The notes under the pieces are model-generated. The model saw only the letters and a program-made list of their open reading frames with translations, searched no databases and was not told the origin of the DNA. The translations under genes were made by a program, and so were the position numbers. From Tubiluchus corallicola (Eukaryota > Animalia > Priapulida): 64,000 bases of DNA. Positions 24,201-38,300 of this stretch are shown here, one piece after another. How positions within the stretch are numbered: the first letter of the stretch is position 1; each line of letters opens with the position of its first letter. The stretch is from contig JAQGDQ010000553.1 of assembly GCA_030141605.1 (NCBI GenBank), forward strand, positions 80,221 through 144,220, written 5' to 3'.

Positions 24201-27200
24201 TTACACTTCATAACAAATATTGTACTACATCTATTTGACACATAATGCAGCACCTGCTACAGCTTTGAATATTCGTAGGAACACAGTTATTGTTTGCGAC
24301 TAAAAGCAAATACAGTACATTCTGTTAGATGCGCTGAAAAAAGACTGGAGTGATAATATTAGAAGCCATGACTTATTTCCAACACTACAACACTAAGTTA
24401 AAGCTGAAATTTAAAAATCAAACAAATTGCTTTACATTGTAACTCCATTAAATCAATATTCCTGGCAATAAAGAAGTAGGTTTTGTCTCGCTGATTCGTG
24501 TAAACCTACTAGACAATTAAGAGACAGCACAAATGAAGCGAGCTAACATAATTACTCAACGTGAGTAAGGAAAAATCCTAGTATAAACTACCAGAAATCT
24601 ACAGTTCTGTCTCCATAATGATAAAGCACTCTAAGGTATCTCTTTTAACAAAAATTTGTGAAAAAAGCAGCAGTTGTTACCAAATGTTTTGAAGTCAGTG
24701 GAGCTACAATCTTCAATAGTCCAAACAATATGTCACCATCCACCTGGATTTGTTCCTGTAAAAAGTATTTAATCACATCAAAAAGCTATTAAAACTAATC
24801 AAATAGGAATTAAATATAAGTAAGGATCTATGTAAAAAAACAATATTCTTTGGTGCCAAAAAAAGTCAAGGCTGCTCGGTTACAGCATGCAAACTGTAGC
24901 ATAAATGGCCATTTTTCTGCTTCATAGAAGTTTTAAAAACATCATACTTGTCAAAAAAAAACTTTGTTAAATTTCCGAAAAGAAACTATCTGGCAACCAT
25001 GCTGAGAGATGGTACCATCTGAAAGTTTTACACTTTAATTGAGCCTGGCAGATTTACCAGATTGCAATTTCAAAGATCTCTTCAAAATTCCATTGCAAGT
25101 TTCAAAGCTCTTGACTTGCAGCAAATCTCACTAGAATCTCAGGTTTCTCAAAATGTTACCAACACAATGATATGCTCTAATCATTCTTACAAAGTATGTG
25201 TGAAATTAATTCCAATACTTTGCACACAATCATTTCAATCAATCGATCGAGTTCACTAATATGACATCATTACTGCTCACCAATCCTGTGCTAAAGTAAC
25301 CAGGAACGTATTTATCACAGATAGAAACGAGGCACCAGAATGCCTGCTCGGCGGGCATGTGCATGAGCAGCACTGCAGCTATTGGTGCCATCGCTTGGCA
25401 GTAACCGTCAACTGGATTGTGTATGGAATAAGCTTTCAGAACTCGAAACAAATCCTCTTGCCTAAAAAAACAATTAGTTATCATCATTCTTAAATAACAT
25501 GGCAGTCATCAATTGATAATAACAGTAATAACAATAATTTCTTTTATAACATAGTCCAAGGATAACACCTTAAGTAACTTAAAACTTATTGCCACGGTGG
25601 TCCCGATTATTATTACCCGCATGTTACTTCGATAAACCCACGTGCTTTTTTAAGTCTTCAATATGACTCCGTCAGGAGTTGAGCCACAGACCTCACGGGT
25701 GGGAAGCGAGCACAATACCATTGAGCTATGCCAACTGGTCTGGTAACTACTTACATATAGTTGCTAACTACTTATGTATAGTTGCTTCACGAAAAGCTCA
25801 ATCAGAAATATCGTCTCACACACACCACGTCACATATAGCAATGCGCGTTGAAAATTTAAAGAGTAGCAACAGCTGTTTCTCATAGTGAAAAACATTATT
25901 AGTTTAATATCTAGGCAGCTCATATGGTTTTTTAATAATGGTTAATTGCATATTTTTTACCAGTAGGTTGTGATGATCTATGATCTACCTATCTATGATC
26001 TATGTACAAAATTAATATAGGATTGTAATGGTTAAATTTAAATGTTAAGCAAGATTAAACAACAAAGTAGTTTTGTGAGTTTGTATGCATACCTGTCGGA
26101 GAAAAATATCTAAGTGGGCACAAAAGGACTAATATTGAATCTTTTTCAATTCATTTTTAAGTATTACAAGTTTCAATCTTTATGAGTTACTACAAGTAAC
26201 CTATATGTTATAATGCTGATATAAAAAAACCTTATCCTTACTAAACAGAATATACACTAAATCTTATTCTCTTTTCTAAATGCGAGAGAATTTAATTGAG
26301 TGTTGCAATAGTCATTGTGTATTAGCCAAGTTTAAAAAACGTATAGTGTTACAGTAATTTATGGAAGTTGCAGAACTATGCTGACTCACAACAATGCTTT
26401 ACATCATCTATCCATGAACAACTTGCCAATGAAACTGCCAAATTCAATAATCTGCAGCGTTTAGGTTGTGACATACAATGGATCAGATCACACAAACACT
26501 AACTCTTCTTAATTTGGAAAACACTGAGGACTCTGATGCTACTAATCCGGTTTGCTTAGTGACAATATCGCAAAACACAAATCAAATTCAAACAGTCATA
26601 TAATATAAGGCTACAATAACCCGAGACCAACATATAGCTGAGGTTATAGAAAAGCATTAGTTGCAATAATGATGCCTTAGAGCAAGCAATTCAATTTCTC
26701 TTATCACTTTGAGTAATCTACACAGTAACCAGACAGCTTTGCTAGGCTCCAAACCGAAGCTTCTTGGTACTGGTTTCTCTCAACAAACTGCCAGCATTTC
26801 TCTTACCCATGTCCTCCGCGAGCTGCAAACATTTCATGGAATGGAAACTGTCGATCGAGGTCCTTTTCAATGTCATCCACCCACTTGGGATTCCCAGGCT
26901 GTGAAGCCAGTTTCTGTAAACAAAGAATAAACAAAGTTTAGTGACAAAGTGATGCAGCTGTTAAACAAAACAAAACATGATATATCCGAAATTAAATTAC
27001 TTATATTGGCGATTTTCCCATCAGCTGATGCACAGAAATTTTACAAATAAGCTCTGCAGGGACCATCGCAAAATTGATCAATGAAAATGAAGATGTATGA
27101 AACTACACTTCAGCTGCTAAATAATCAGCTCTTTAACAAGAAAAATATCAAAATAAACTCCACATCTTAAAATTCAGCTTATAAATCTTGTCATAAGGAA

Positions 27201-29346
27201 ATTTCTACACTTCTGAGTGGCTAAAATGCAGGATTAAATTTTGCAGTACAACAGTCATACAAGACTTCTGTTAGACGATTTTTCTAAACTTTGGTGAATT
27301 TTTGATTGGTTAATTGTATAATACATGTGGTTAAATGTGTCTGATGCCATTGATGGGGTATTAACTGTAATCCAAGCTTGCAATTGGTCAAAATGTGAAG
27401 CAACTTAGCAACAGTTACTGTGTGAGTGTATTAGTAAAGTTGCCATGTACACTTCAGACACAAGTTAAAATATTTTTATTCTTCCTGTATTTACAACATA
27501 GACAGTTTATGAGTGATAGTGTTTTCACCTGGAATTTGTTGGGATTCATAGCCATCATGTACTTTGCTCCACATAAATACTGCCACGCTCTCGGTCTTAT
27601 TGAAGCCGGAATACCTTTACGACACCGTTCACGAACCTGGCAAAAAACACAAACCATTTTAATTGTTATAATCTTGGATCAAGATAATTACTAATGACGG
27701 TATAACCCGCGACTAAACTTTGAAAAACAAGAAGTGTTATGACATCTGCCTTGCAGGCAGAAGATTCAAATACAGGGTGCCCCAATTTTTTCATGTTCTC
27801 TGTCTTTCTTTAAGATTTAGTTTCAACATTAAGTTAACTGACGCTTTATAACTACATATCACGAACCATTTAAAAGTAAATCAAATGATTAAAAGAAAAT
27901 CCAGATGGCAAATCAAGCAAGCAAAAAAAATAAATTTTATTGATTACTAAATTAGAACTTGCAATATATTTAACATCTAGGTCCATATTTCTTTGGATAA
28001 GGCATTCTTGCATAAAACTTTAATGAAATTGTAATTTTGCAATAATGATCACATAGTAACAAGTTAAATACAAACGTAAATGCAATACAATACAATATTG
28101 ACAACTTAAACAAATCAATTATTGATTATTTTTGTCAAACATCGTCCTAAACAAGACAGACACCAGTAAGCAACTACAACATGAGGAGAAAAATGTACAT
28201 CTGCAAAAAGAAGTATATCTATCAATAAATGATGATGACTATATGACCTTTAATAAATAAAGGCTACACAGTGTAATGGAATTCATGGATGAATGAGGTT
28301 TTTGTGTGGAAACTACGAAGGTGGTCCTGGTGAAGATACTGCACAGACTGACAAATGACCTCAAGCTATAGTCAAGCATTGGTAGCATATATAATGATGT
28401 TCTGCACTAAATATGCACGTATGATGTTTGTCATGGCATGGAGACGTAAATAAAAATGAGCACATTATCCAAAAGAGATGTGTACATGGTACAAAACCAG
28501 TTACAGTGCAGACACTGCTCAACGAAACAGATTAGTTAAACTTTAAAAATCATTCTCAACACAACTCACTGTAGTCATGCTAGAACCTCTGCACTTTAAA
28601 AATGATAAGAATAGACACTCAAGAAGCAAATATAAAATTCTAAAATGATTCTCGATATATTTTCACAAATCAGAAAGTAAATATTAAATTCTAAAATTAT
28701 TTTCAAAATATTGTTACGAATCAGTATACTTGAGATTTTATACAAGGCGATTTAATATAAATAATAAAATTTATAAAAGTAGTAAAACTTTGTCAAATCA
28801 ACCGATTTCCGACAAACAAAAGTTCTGAACCAGATTGAGCACATACATCAGCATCGCTCTTCTTACGTATTACGCTCTGCGTAGTATTTTTGCTCGATTG
28901 CATAAAACAGATGAAATAAAAACAAACCGTCTGAATGTTTTCACATAGTTGCGCACCTTTTTGTACTTTTTGCACATGTAACCGTCCCAGTTTTCCAGCA
29001 TATGAAGCCATTTCCTCTCTCGTCTGCGTATCACATCAACTGAAACGTTAGCTTCACTGAAAACATACAAAAAATCCAATAAAAGCACACTGACTGGAAG
29101 AGGTGCTTACACAGACGTAAAGCTAATAAATTTGCCCGTTTCAAGATGAAAATTTTGGAAAATTATTAACATGCCAGCGCTAATAAACAGCACATCTGGC
29201 TAACTAATAACAGCTGCTAATTTTCCTTTGTGGGCATTATAACTTAATTTGCATATATAACTATTTATCTACCTTACAAGGTACATAGCGAATTTGTCAC
29301 AAAAAATTACATGAAAAATAAAAAAGAACAATGTTAACAATGTTTA

Positions 29347-29381
<35 letters not shown>

Positions 29382-32300
29382 TATAATTGCTCGTGCTTTA
29401 ATTCATACACGTTGAGTTAGTTTAGTAAGTTGAACAGAAAAAAAAACAACACTATTTACATGTATATACACATATTTGATTTTTACACAATACTTAAATA
29501 GTGGCTAAGTAACTTATGGTTGTTTTCATTTGCTTATTATTTAGGTCTATTTCATTACTCATATATACCTTCGATCCCATATAAACAGCCTTTGATCATA
29601 TTAGCATAAACCATATTCTCTTGCTTAAAATTAGCAATATGATGCTCCATAAAAATATGAAAGTTCAGTTTCTTAAACTGAAAAATATCTGAACTATTCA
29701 CATTTAGCAAAACACTCAAATGGCTTACATTAAATCCAACAATGCTCCTAGCCAACTATACACAGTTTTACATAGATATTGTGCCGTTTGATTTGTGGAT
29801 TCCAAACACCGCTTTGTGAATAACAGATTTCTTACACAAATGTGTCAATTCGGAGGACACAGTCAAATACTAGAATAACTTTAATGGAAGAAACATCCTA
29901 ATCATTCTCATTGAAACAGGCTGTTATTTTGCATGTACAGGACTTAAATATAAATTACTGTTTTTATTACTGTCTTCATTAAATTAATTTGTAATTCGAT
30001 ATTTTACTCAAAATATATGAAGATCGTAAAACAGCAAGCCGCAAAAAGACAGTTTACATGTTACAGCGCTACAACCTGTAAGGCTATATCATTTTCATTG
30101 CATGTTAAAAATTAATGGATTTTAATAAAAGTGAGAAGAAAAAGATTGGCATTTGGCATGGAGAAATAAAAATAGTGAAAACACGGAGAAAAGAAAATGA
30201 AAGAAGAAAGAAGAGAGAGAGGGGGGAAGAGAGGAAGAGCGAGCAAGTGAAGTGAAGAGTGGGGAAGTGAACAATGGCAAAAGAGAAACAGAAAAGAGAG
30301 AGAAAACGGCAAAAAACAGGGATGGGAGAAAGTCAGTAAGAGACAAGAAAGAGAAATAGAGAGACAGAGACAACAGGAATGAGAAAAATGGGATGAGAAA
30401 TGGAAAAGAGAGGGAAGAAACGGAAAACGAAAAAGAAATGAAAAATGCAGACTGACAGAAACAGAGAAGTCTGAGAGATTAAAAAAGCTAACGACAACCA
30501 TGCCTCTTATACTTTAATCCATCTGAGAATAATAAAAACATTTGAAACGCAATACAGCACAACCAACATCGTGAGTGAATCAATCGTTTACTTTTTTCCG
30601 TTTTTTGCCACTTCTCAAGTTTGTTCAGTAATCATAAACATTTTTATGTCAACAAATCTTGCTTGGAACCTCCAACAGAGAAGCGGGTAGCTTCCCTTCC
30701 ACATTCGGCATTCATTAACTTACGGGGAATTTAAACATTGCTGGGGCATAAACAATGGTTTATGCGAACAGTGCTGGCATTCATATGTTTTCTCATTTAT
30801 ATATAAATTAACATTTATTCTATTACGTGAATTAGGTCCAACGTTCATACTTTCTGCAAAAAATGTACACATTTACACATAGATGGCACTAGTGTCAATT
30901 AAGTACTACAGGGATATCTAGATAGGGTGTTACATGTATACAGTGGTATGATGCATTGAACTATTAATTGCAAGAAGTTCGTTTTTGCCATTGTCAACAT
31001 TTCTAGTTTGTCAATACAACTCAACAGACAAGAAAATTAATAAAATTTTCCAGCTTCTCATCACGCGATCCCAAACCTAGGCTTCTCTGTGACGCTTCAT
31101 GTAAATTTAGACTGACAACAAGATGCCTGATTGTTTCTACAAAGCAGTTCATCAGCACTTGATTCTAAATCATGTGCATACTGCACAGCACAGTTTAGTG
31201 TAACACAGTGCAATACAGCACCTCAAAACATAGTGCAACACAGTACAGAACTGCGCAGTTCAGCTCAGCAGAATACAGTGGTACAGTGCAGCACAGAGCA
31301 GCTGCAGTGCAGTGCAGTACAGCATAGACAATGCAGTACAGTCCAGTACATGACATTACAGCTCAGGTCGACACAGCACAGTACTACAGTACAGCACAGA
31401 GCAATACAATACAATACAGTACAGTACAGTACAGTACAGTACAGTACAGTCCAGTACAGTACAGTACAGTACAGTACAGTACAATACAATACAGTACAGC
31501 ACAGTGCAGTACAGTTCAGAACAGCACAGCACAGTACAATATAATACAATACAGTGCATTACAGCACAGCACAGAATAGTACAGTACATTAAAACAAAGC
31601 ACTGAAAGCACACCATAAAGCGGAAAGAAGTGCCGCACACTAAAGCAAAGAGAAGAAAATAAAGCTGACCAAAGCAAATTGAATACTACGATAAAAAAAT
31701 CGAACAAAGAAATGCATTAAAAACTCAGGTCAAAGTTTATTTAACTATTCAATCATGCTGTCCTGCATATATTCGTTTGTGAATTCATCTGTTCAGTCAC
31801 TCATTATCGTAAAACACATCGTTTATTCGTTCTTCTTATATTCGTGAAATCTTTTTTTCGCGCACTCAATGTTCGCTAGTTTATTTAAGAATAATCACTA
31901 ATTTCTTCCCTTCAATTATCAAAACAAAAACGAAACAACAGGAAAGTAAACAAAATGACCACACTAACCCCATTTTAGACGTTTTAGGGTTAATTACAAA
32001 GTTACACCTCTCAAGTTTTCCGTAAAATTAAATTCTAGAAAGTGCAAATTGTTCTGCAGACAGTTCCGCTCTGAAAAAAGTAACAAGAAGACGTGTGTAG
32101 GACTACGCTTTTACAGGTTCACAGTGAGGAGCGTTAGTGAAAGAAGAGAGGTATAAAGGAGTTTTGGTGAAATTAGCAAACACTTTATTAATGTTCCAAC
32201 TAAATCTGCAGTAATTTTGTCACTTAGGGTTCGTCTACACTTGCCACGCACTTTAAGAAGCGTTCACACGAGTCAACATATAGGGCATCAAGCAAAGGAT

Positions 32301-35300
32301 AGAAGCAGGCAAAACAAAGTTTAAACAGAGTACTATATAGCAAAACGTAGCTTACTTATTAGGATGATGACACATTAAGACTGACACATGCAGCTTGAAT
32401 TGACACAACTGCTATTACTGCTATCAGAACTGGCCGGCAAATTTTAGGAAACTTTTAAGCTGGCCTTTACCACTTTTGTCCAATCAGCTGCAGCTCGAAG
32501 AATAAAGCTACTAGTGTTTCCCCGGCCTTTTTAATACATTCGAAAAAATTTTGCTGAAAATGTTTTCAAGATTAAGTACCTGGCATTCTTGAGTAAGTGA
32601 CATTAAGAGAAATGTCAACAAAACCTTGTCTTGATGCACTTATCGGTTGATCTTTTAATTAATTGGCCATTAATCTTAAACAGAGTAAATCTATAAAAAT
32701 CTTAATTCATGATTATCGCGCGCCACATCTTTTAATTACATTTCACTTCCTCAGCTCTCGCCTACAGCATACAGTTTGCATTCGCCAGTCAAGTGCGGTA
32801 CAAACTTAATAAATTCATAAAGCCAAGTGTTGCAATAATGTACAGCCTCGTATACATAACCATTCTTTTTTTCCCGCGCCATTAGTTCGCTTGCACGGCG
32901 AAGAGAAAGGCAACTATGTCGTAAATAATGACGGGAAAAAGCCCGGGAGGTATTTATACGATTACAACTGCACATGTGCTAAATAATAGCTGAGGAAAGA
33001 GTTATTATGTGCGCGCATGCAAGATTCTATTAAATACACATTACACGCTATACGCCTATACGATGTCGAACGTGCAGAATCTGCAAGAAATGAAAAAATA
33101 ATTCATGTTTAGGGTATTGATTATTGTACATTATGTCAGCTATCCGGGTATAGTCGATAAAAGTATACATCTTGTACGCAATGTTAATATAGGCCTATAC
33201 TAGAATAAACGGTATACTAGTACGTGAGAACAGATTTATTTCATTCTTATAAACATTGTACACTATCACAAAGCTTCGCAAATCCGGGACTCAATATGTC
33301 ACGTGGATTTAATACTACGTTTAGACTCAAAATTAATCAAAATAAAAAAATTTATCTTATTAGCTAAAATCACTTTACTATGAAGGAACTAACATTGGAA
33401 ATGCTGAATTTAGTTAGCCAGCCTGCAAGGGATGAACTATGGACTGCTACTGAGGAACTCTGTCCACTGAGGAATGCGTCTGCAATGTTGGCAGAGGGTA
33501 TCTGGTTCAATTCCAGGCTGCATTAAAAGTTTTTGACATTTCAAATTTGGTAACAAAATTAAATTAATTGTTAGTTTATATATATATCACCAATAATAAT
33601 CTTGATGTTAAAATTATACGGATTTGTTCATTTACACTCTCTATATAGCTCTAACTGGCAAAATAAATTACAGTAAGTTAATTCAGACGAGTGGGATCAT
33701 TCTAGACCCTCGAGTCCTAACCTGTCAATTTTAATGGAGTTTAGTTTTTGTTTGTTGTTGAAAATATTTGTAAATGTCATAAGAAAACCGGAAAACCACA
33801 CAACTAGTTTTAAGTAAGGGCCCTTCTTCCGCTCATAATATATATTACTGTATTTTGCTTTTAAAACTGTGATAGAAAGGATGGGGGGGGGGAAGAAGCA
33901 CGGAAATTCGTGTCATCGGGTCCTTGTGCCATAATTCAAGTGTGTGACAGTAAGATGTTTTTAAAGCTCCCTTGCTCCGTTAAAATGCTATGAAACCTTT
34001 TGGGGCTCTTAAATGTTTAAAAGTTTGGTTATGTCCAACTTGTGCGAATATTGCTCTAAACTGAAACACTTTAATTTACTTTTCTCGTTCCACAGTTAGC
34101 AAATTTAGACCTAACTGCTTTAGCTAACGTTATTTTAGAATAAAATGTTTTCTCAAGGATATTTTATCTTTTGTTTAAATGAATCTTGCTCCTAACTGTT
34201 ACTTCACAACAGAAACGAGTGTACTTAAAGAAATTTCGCAGCGGCACACACTTTGAGGTCAGACATTTGGAACCAAACGATTCTTCAAAGAGCGGCAGGT
34301 TGCGGCTGGTTGCCAGGAGTAACTTACAAGTGGGGCTGTTCTATTTTGGCACTCTTCCTTGAACAAAAGCCAAGAATGACACTCTTCACGCAACGCCAGA
34401 AAGTCACGAACAAGGAGGTGAGTACACAACAGCTCAAAGGCAGATAACCCTGCAAAAGCTCAGCCAAATCACGGCACATAAATACACTTAAACACGCTAA
34501 AATTAGGCTTGCAGAAAATTAGTTTTGCCATTTCGATTAATTTGCCAAACATTTTACTTCCAATTCAATGAGTTTAACGTTTATTAACATTGCTAACTCG
34601 TACATCAAGAGCAGATCTAGCAGAGTGGGGTGGGGGAAGTAAATCTAGCAAAAAAAGGTAGGGTGGGGGAAATGGATACCTGTTCAACAATCAACATAAG
34701 CAGACGTACAAAGAAGCATCCTTGTAAATATTGTGCGGTACTTTTGTTGCTTCTGCACATATAATCACAAAAGAGAAACTGCAAAGGCCGCGGACAGTTT
34801 TAGACGCACATTTAAGCATGAAATGCCATAGTTGAGACATGTTGAGAAACTTTGGGCTTTTCAGTAGAGAGTGTACAAACAAGCTAGCCAAGCGTTTTGA
34901 AAACAGGAATTTCACACTGATTCAAAAGAGATCCCCTGGCACACAAGTTTGAGACCTAGTTTCCTGCCTGCGCTAAAACTAATCCCCTTTCTCTGTGCCT
35001 CATTTTACCAACAAGCTTCAAAACAGGCTGACTCTGACTATTGCTTGTAATTTTACGAGCGTCATAAAATGTACCAGGTCATACTCAAATTCGCGCAGGT
35101 TATAGGTCCATCGCCAGATCTTGCATTTTTTACGCAAATCGCCCCACTCCCCCCAATACGGCCAATGGCCACTCAAGGCCAAATCGTACAACTAATTTAT
35201 TGACGATAGAATTATATATCTGTAATGTTCTTTTGAATCGAGTGGATAGTAGCTTTCGGGTACGAAATTTTACAGATAACAGATGAAGGACAAAACTAAA

Positions 35301-38300
35301 TTTATAAGTAGTACGTACTGTCAACGTTTTATTCATCTGGTTATCACATTGGTTTATTTCTATCATGAAAAACTGTGAGTTAACCTGGATTCGAGCCCAG
35401 GACTTTGTGGTTTAACAAAGCCACACGCTCTAGCACTTGAGCAATTAACCAGCTACCTAGGTCTGACGACTCACAATGCTAGCTGTTTCCCGATGCTACT
35501 GTGACACCATTAAAAACGAAACAGTTGAACATCAGTCACATCACGTGACTAATTTTCACAAGTGCTTTTAAATGTTCACCATAACTCTTGATAGAAATCA
35601 CTGGAAAGTGAACTTTCAGGCTAAAGCCCTTTAGCAACAACCTCAGCCATAAAAACACTAAAGCAATGCTAAACAAATTTCACTGTTACTCATCTTTAGA
35701 CCATAGATGCAAGTTAGCAACGCTAGCCATTTCCTACATATAATGCGCGCGTGATCATCATCAATTTTCTCATTTAAACACTTCAAAATAGTTTAGAAAG
35801 TTCAGCCAATTGTTGTAACTATTAAACATAAATGGAGTTAGTTCAGTGCTCCATTCCAAAATGAGTTCACCGGTTTTTGGACAGCTGACTCATGTTTTTA
35901 TCCCTTAATTTATTTCACAAGAACTCATACTAAATTCCATAATTTAGAACATTTATTTACTACACTTTAAAGCATAAAATTTACATTTAAAACATTAAAG
36001 AATTTCAGTCTTACAATAATTTAAAGTCACATTTGCAGTAAAACGTTAGCAGATGAATTTTGCTAAACAACTTAAAGACGTTGGACTCGCGTAACCATAT
36101 TAATGCAATTAGCCACCTCCCCCAACAAATTAGACACCTAATCCATACGCTGCATTTAATAAGACAAATACTTCCTAAAGCTTTGTCACTAATCGCCATA
36201 GAGAAATTACACTAGTTGTTTTGCGTAAAGATCGCATACCCGACTGAACATTGTAAAATGTGGACACAGAATAGTTGGAACCTAAAATATCTCTAATCTG
36301 CTAATAACCAAATAAACACAATAACAGCTAAACACAGTTAAAACGTGTAGCCACTTAACTGTGCAAATCCCTGTTTTAGCAATGAAAACAATCACTACGT
36401 TTACGATGTTGCCAGTACACTGGTGGTCAGTGGTCACTGCCCGGCTTGGATAAGCTCTGCTTACTGTGATTTAAAAAAACAGCAAAACGCAAATTATAGA
36501 AATTCTAAAGAGCAAAAATGTTAATGCGCAATAATTGCAGGTACATTTACCAAATTACCTGCGAATAAAGATCACGAACTCAATCAGAGCTGAATGGGCT
36601 GCCAATGTGTTCTATATAGTACTTAACTGCAGTAATGATACGCTTAAAGCAGACAGTTATGATTGGTTTTAAATCAACTATGACACTGTACATCCGACTC
36701 ATAAAACTGGACAGGCTTTTGCAGTGGGTGGTATTGCTTATACAGTCATAGTATATGCTGTAACAAAATAAATTCACCTGAAACCTCGTGTAAAAAAAAA
36801 CTAAAAATTGACAACAAAAAGACTATCAGATATTTTTCTTAGAAACTATGGTAAACGCACTCATAATGTTAAGTGGAAGTTATAATAGTTGGACTTGCCT
36901 GGATAGCTTTACTTTATGGTAATTGTAAGTCTGGCAAGTTCAATACAAACTGAGCATTTGTTATGGTAATAGGCTAAAATTTCACAAACTGTATCTAGTA
37001 CCATTTACTAATAATTTTGCATTAGCACTACTATCTTATTGCACATCTATAACTGTGGTGTTGTCAATATATTACTAAGTCCCTATCTGAACTGTAACTT
37101 AAACTAATCATTACACACATGAATTGTTTTGTTATGCAAACAAAAGAATTGCCTTCAATCTTCAATTATAAAACTGTAAAAGGGAGGGATAGAAACGCCC
37201 CCGAGAAATGCTGTCACATTGGAACCGTCCCAGTTAAAGTGATCACTTAGAGCAGTAGCTGTCTTCTTAATAGCAAGCTTGGGGGCAAAAGAGTGGAAAG
37301 GAACTTTCTTATATTCACAGCAAGAGCAAAAACTACAGCTTTTTGTACCCTTGTTAACTAACTTGACAAGAAACTAACAGCTCAGTGTGTTTAGTGTAAG
37401 TCCCTTAAAAATGATAATAGACAGGGCAATTAAATTGAACTTGCCTGAATACCCTAAAGAGAACTGGGATCCAATGGTTGATCGCGTTCTCTAAGTTTAA
37501 ACGAAAACAGGATGATTGTTCATATCCTGTTCTATTTTGAAGTACGGTAAAAAATAAACATTTTAAAATCTATAATAATGCCAAAGCGTTTCTGATAATT
37601 AAATAATAGATTACATCACAAATGAACATAATTTTTAACAGCACCAATATTCCACGAGCGTGGTACACGCGTTTACGAAAGAGAAAATTGAAGAATTCAC
37701 GCACGAACTCTCGAATGCGTGCACTACGTCACAAGTGAACACCTTTAAACTGAGAGATACAGTAACCTGTTTTTTGCAAAACATTACTGAGATGTAGACG
37801 TTAGTGCCCATCTAATTAGCGAATGGCGAAATCCATGTAACAGCGAGGAACTAGCTGCGCGAACGTTTCTGTGGTAATAATTCATTTCACAAAAAGCATT
37901 CTTGAAAATGTGACAGCAGATCGGGGAACATAATATCAAATTATGAGTGGTGCTATATTGCATAATGGAGGCACCTAAGATAATTCTAAAAATAGTATGT
38001 TCAACTAGGGCAGATAGTTTTGAGCTACAGTTTAAGATTGAGTCCGGTTTTCCTTTAAATAATATGATATCGAAATTTATTATCTAGGAATTTATTGTAT
38101 ATGTATTTGCTATAGCACTGTTCACCAGCACTTATAGCATTTCATCACTGCATTTCATGCATCTACTTAATTTAGTTTTAAACTGTTGACTCCCTGAACG
38201 TAGCTGAGACTAATGAGCAAATAACATTTAAAGTATAATTATTATTGTAGCTATAAATAATAATCCTCACTGCACGACAGACAATAAATCAGACAACATG

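Noticed and set aside
30112-30501. Hydrophobic Phe/Leu/Ser ORFs
   Set aside because: Reverse complement of a GA-rich low-complexity tract; no splice or homology support.
31122-31158. CUGAUGA...GAAAC on the minus strand (hammerhead-like)
   Set aside because: Stem II is only ~3 weak pairs and there is no stem I; likely chance.
31131-31707. Cys/Tyr/Val-rich or QYSTV-repeat ORFs on both strands; superficially array-like
   Set aside because: Translation artefacts of a (CAGTA)n pentamer satellite; no unique spacers, so not a CRISPR array.
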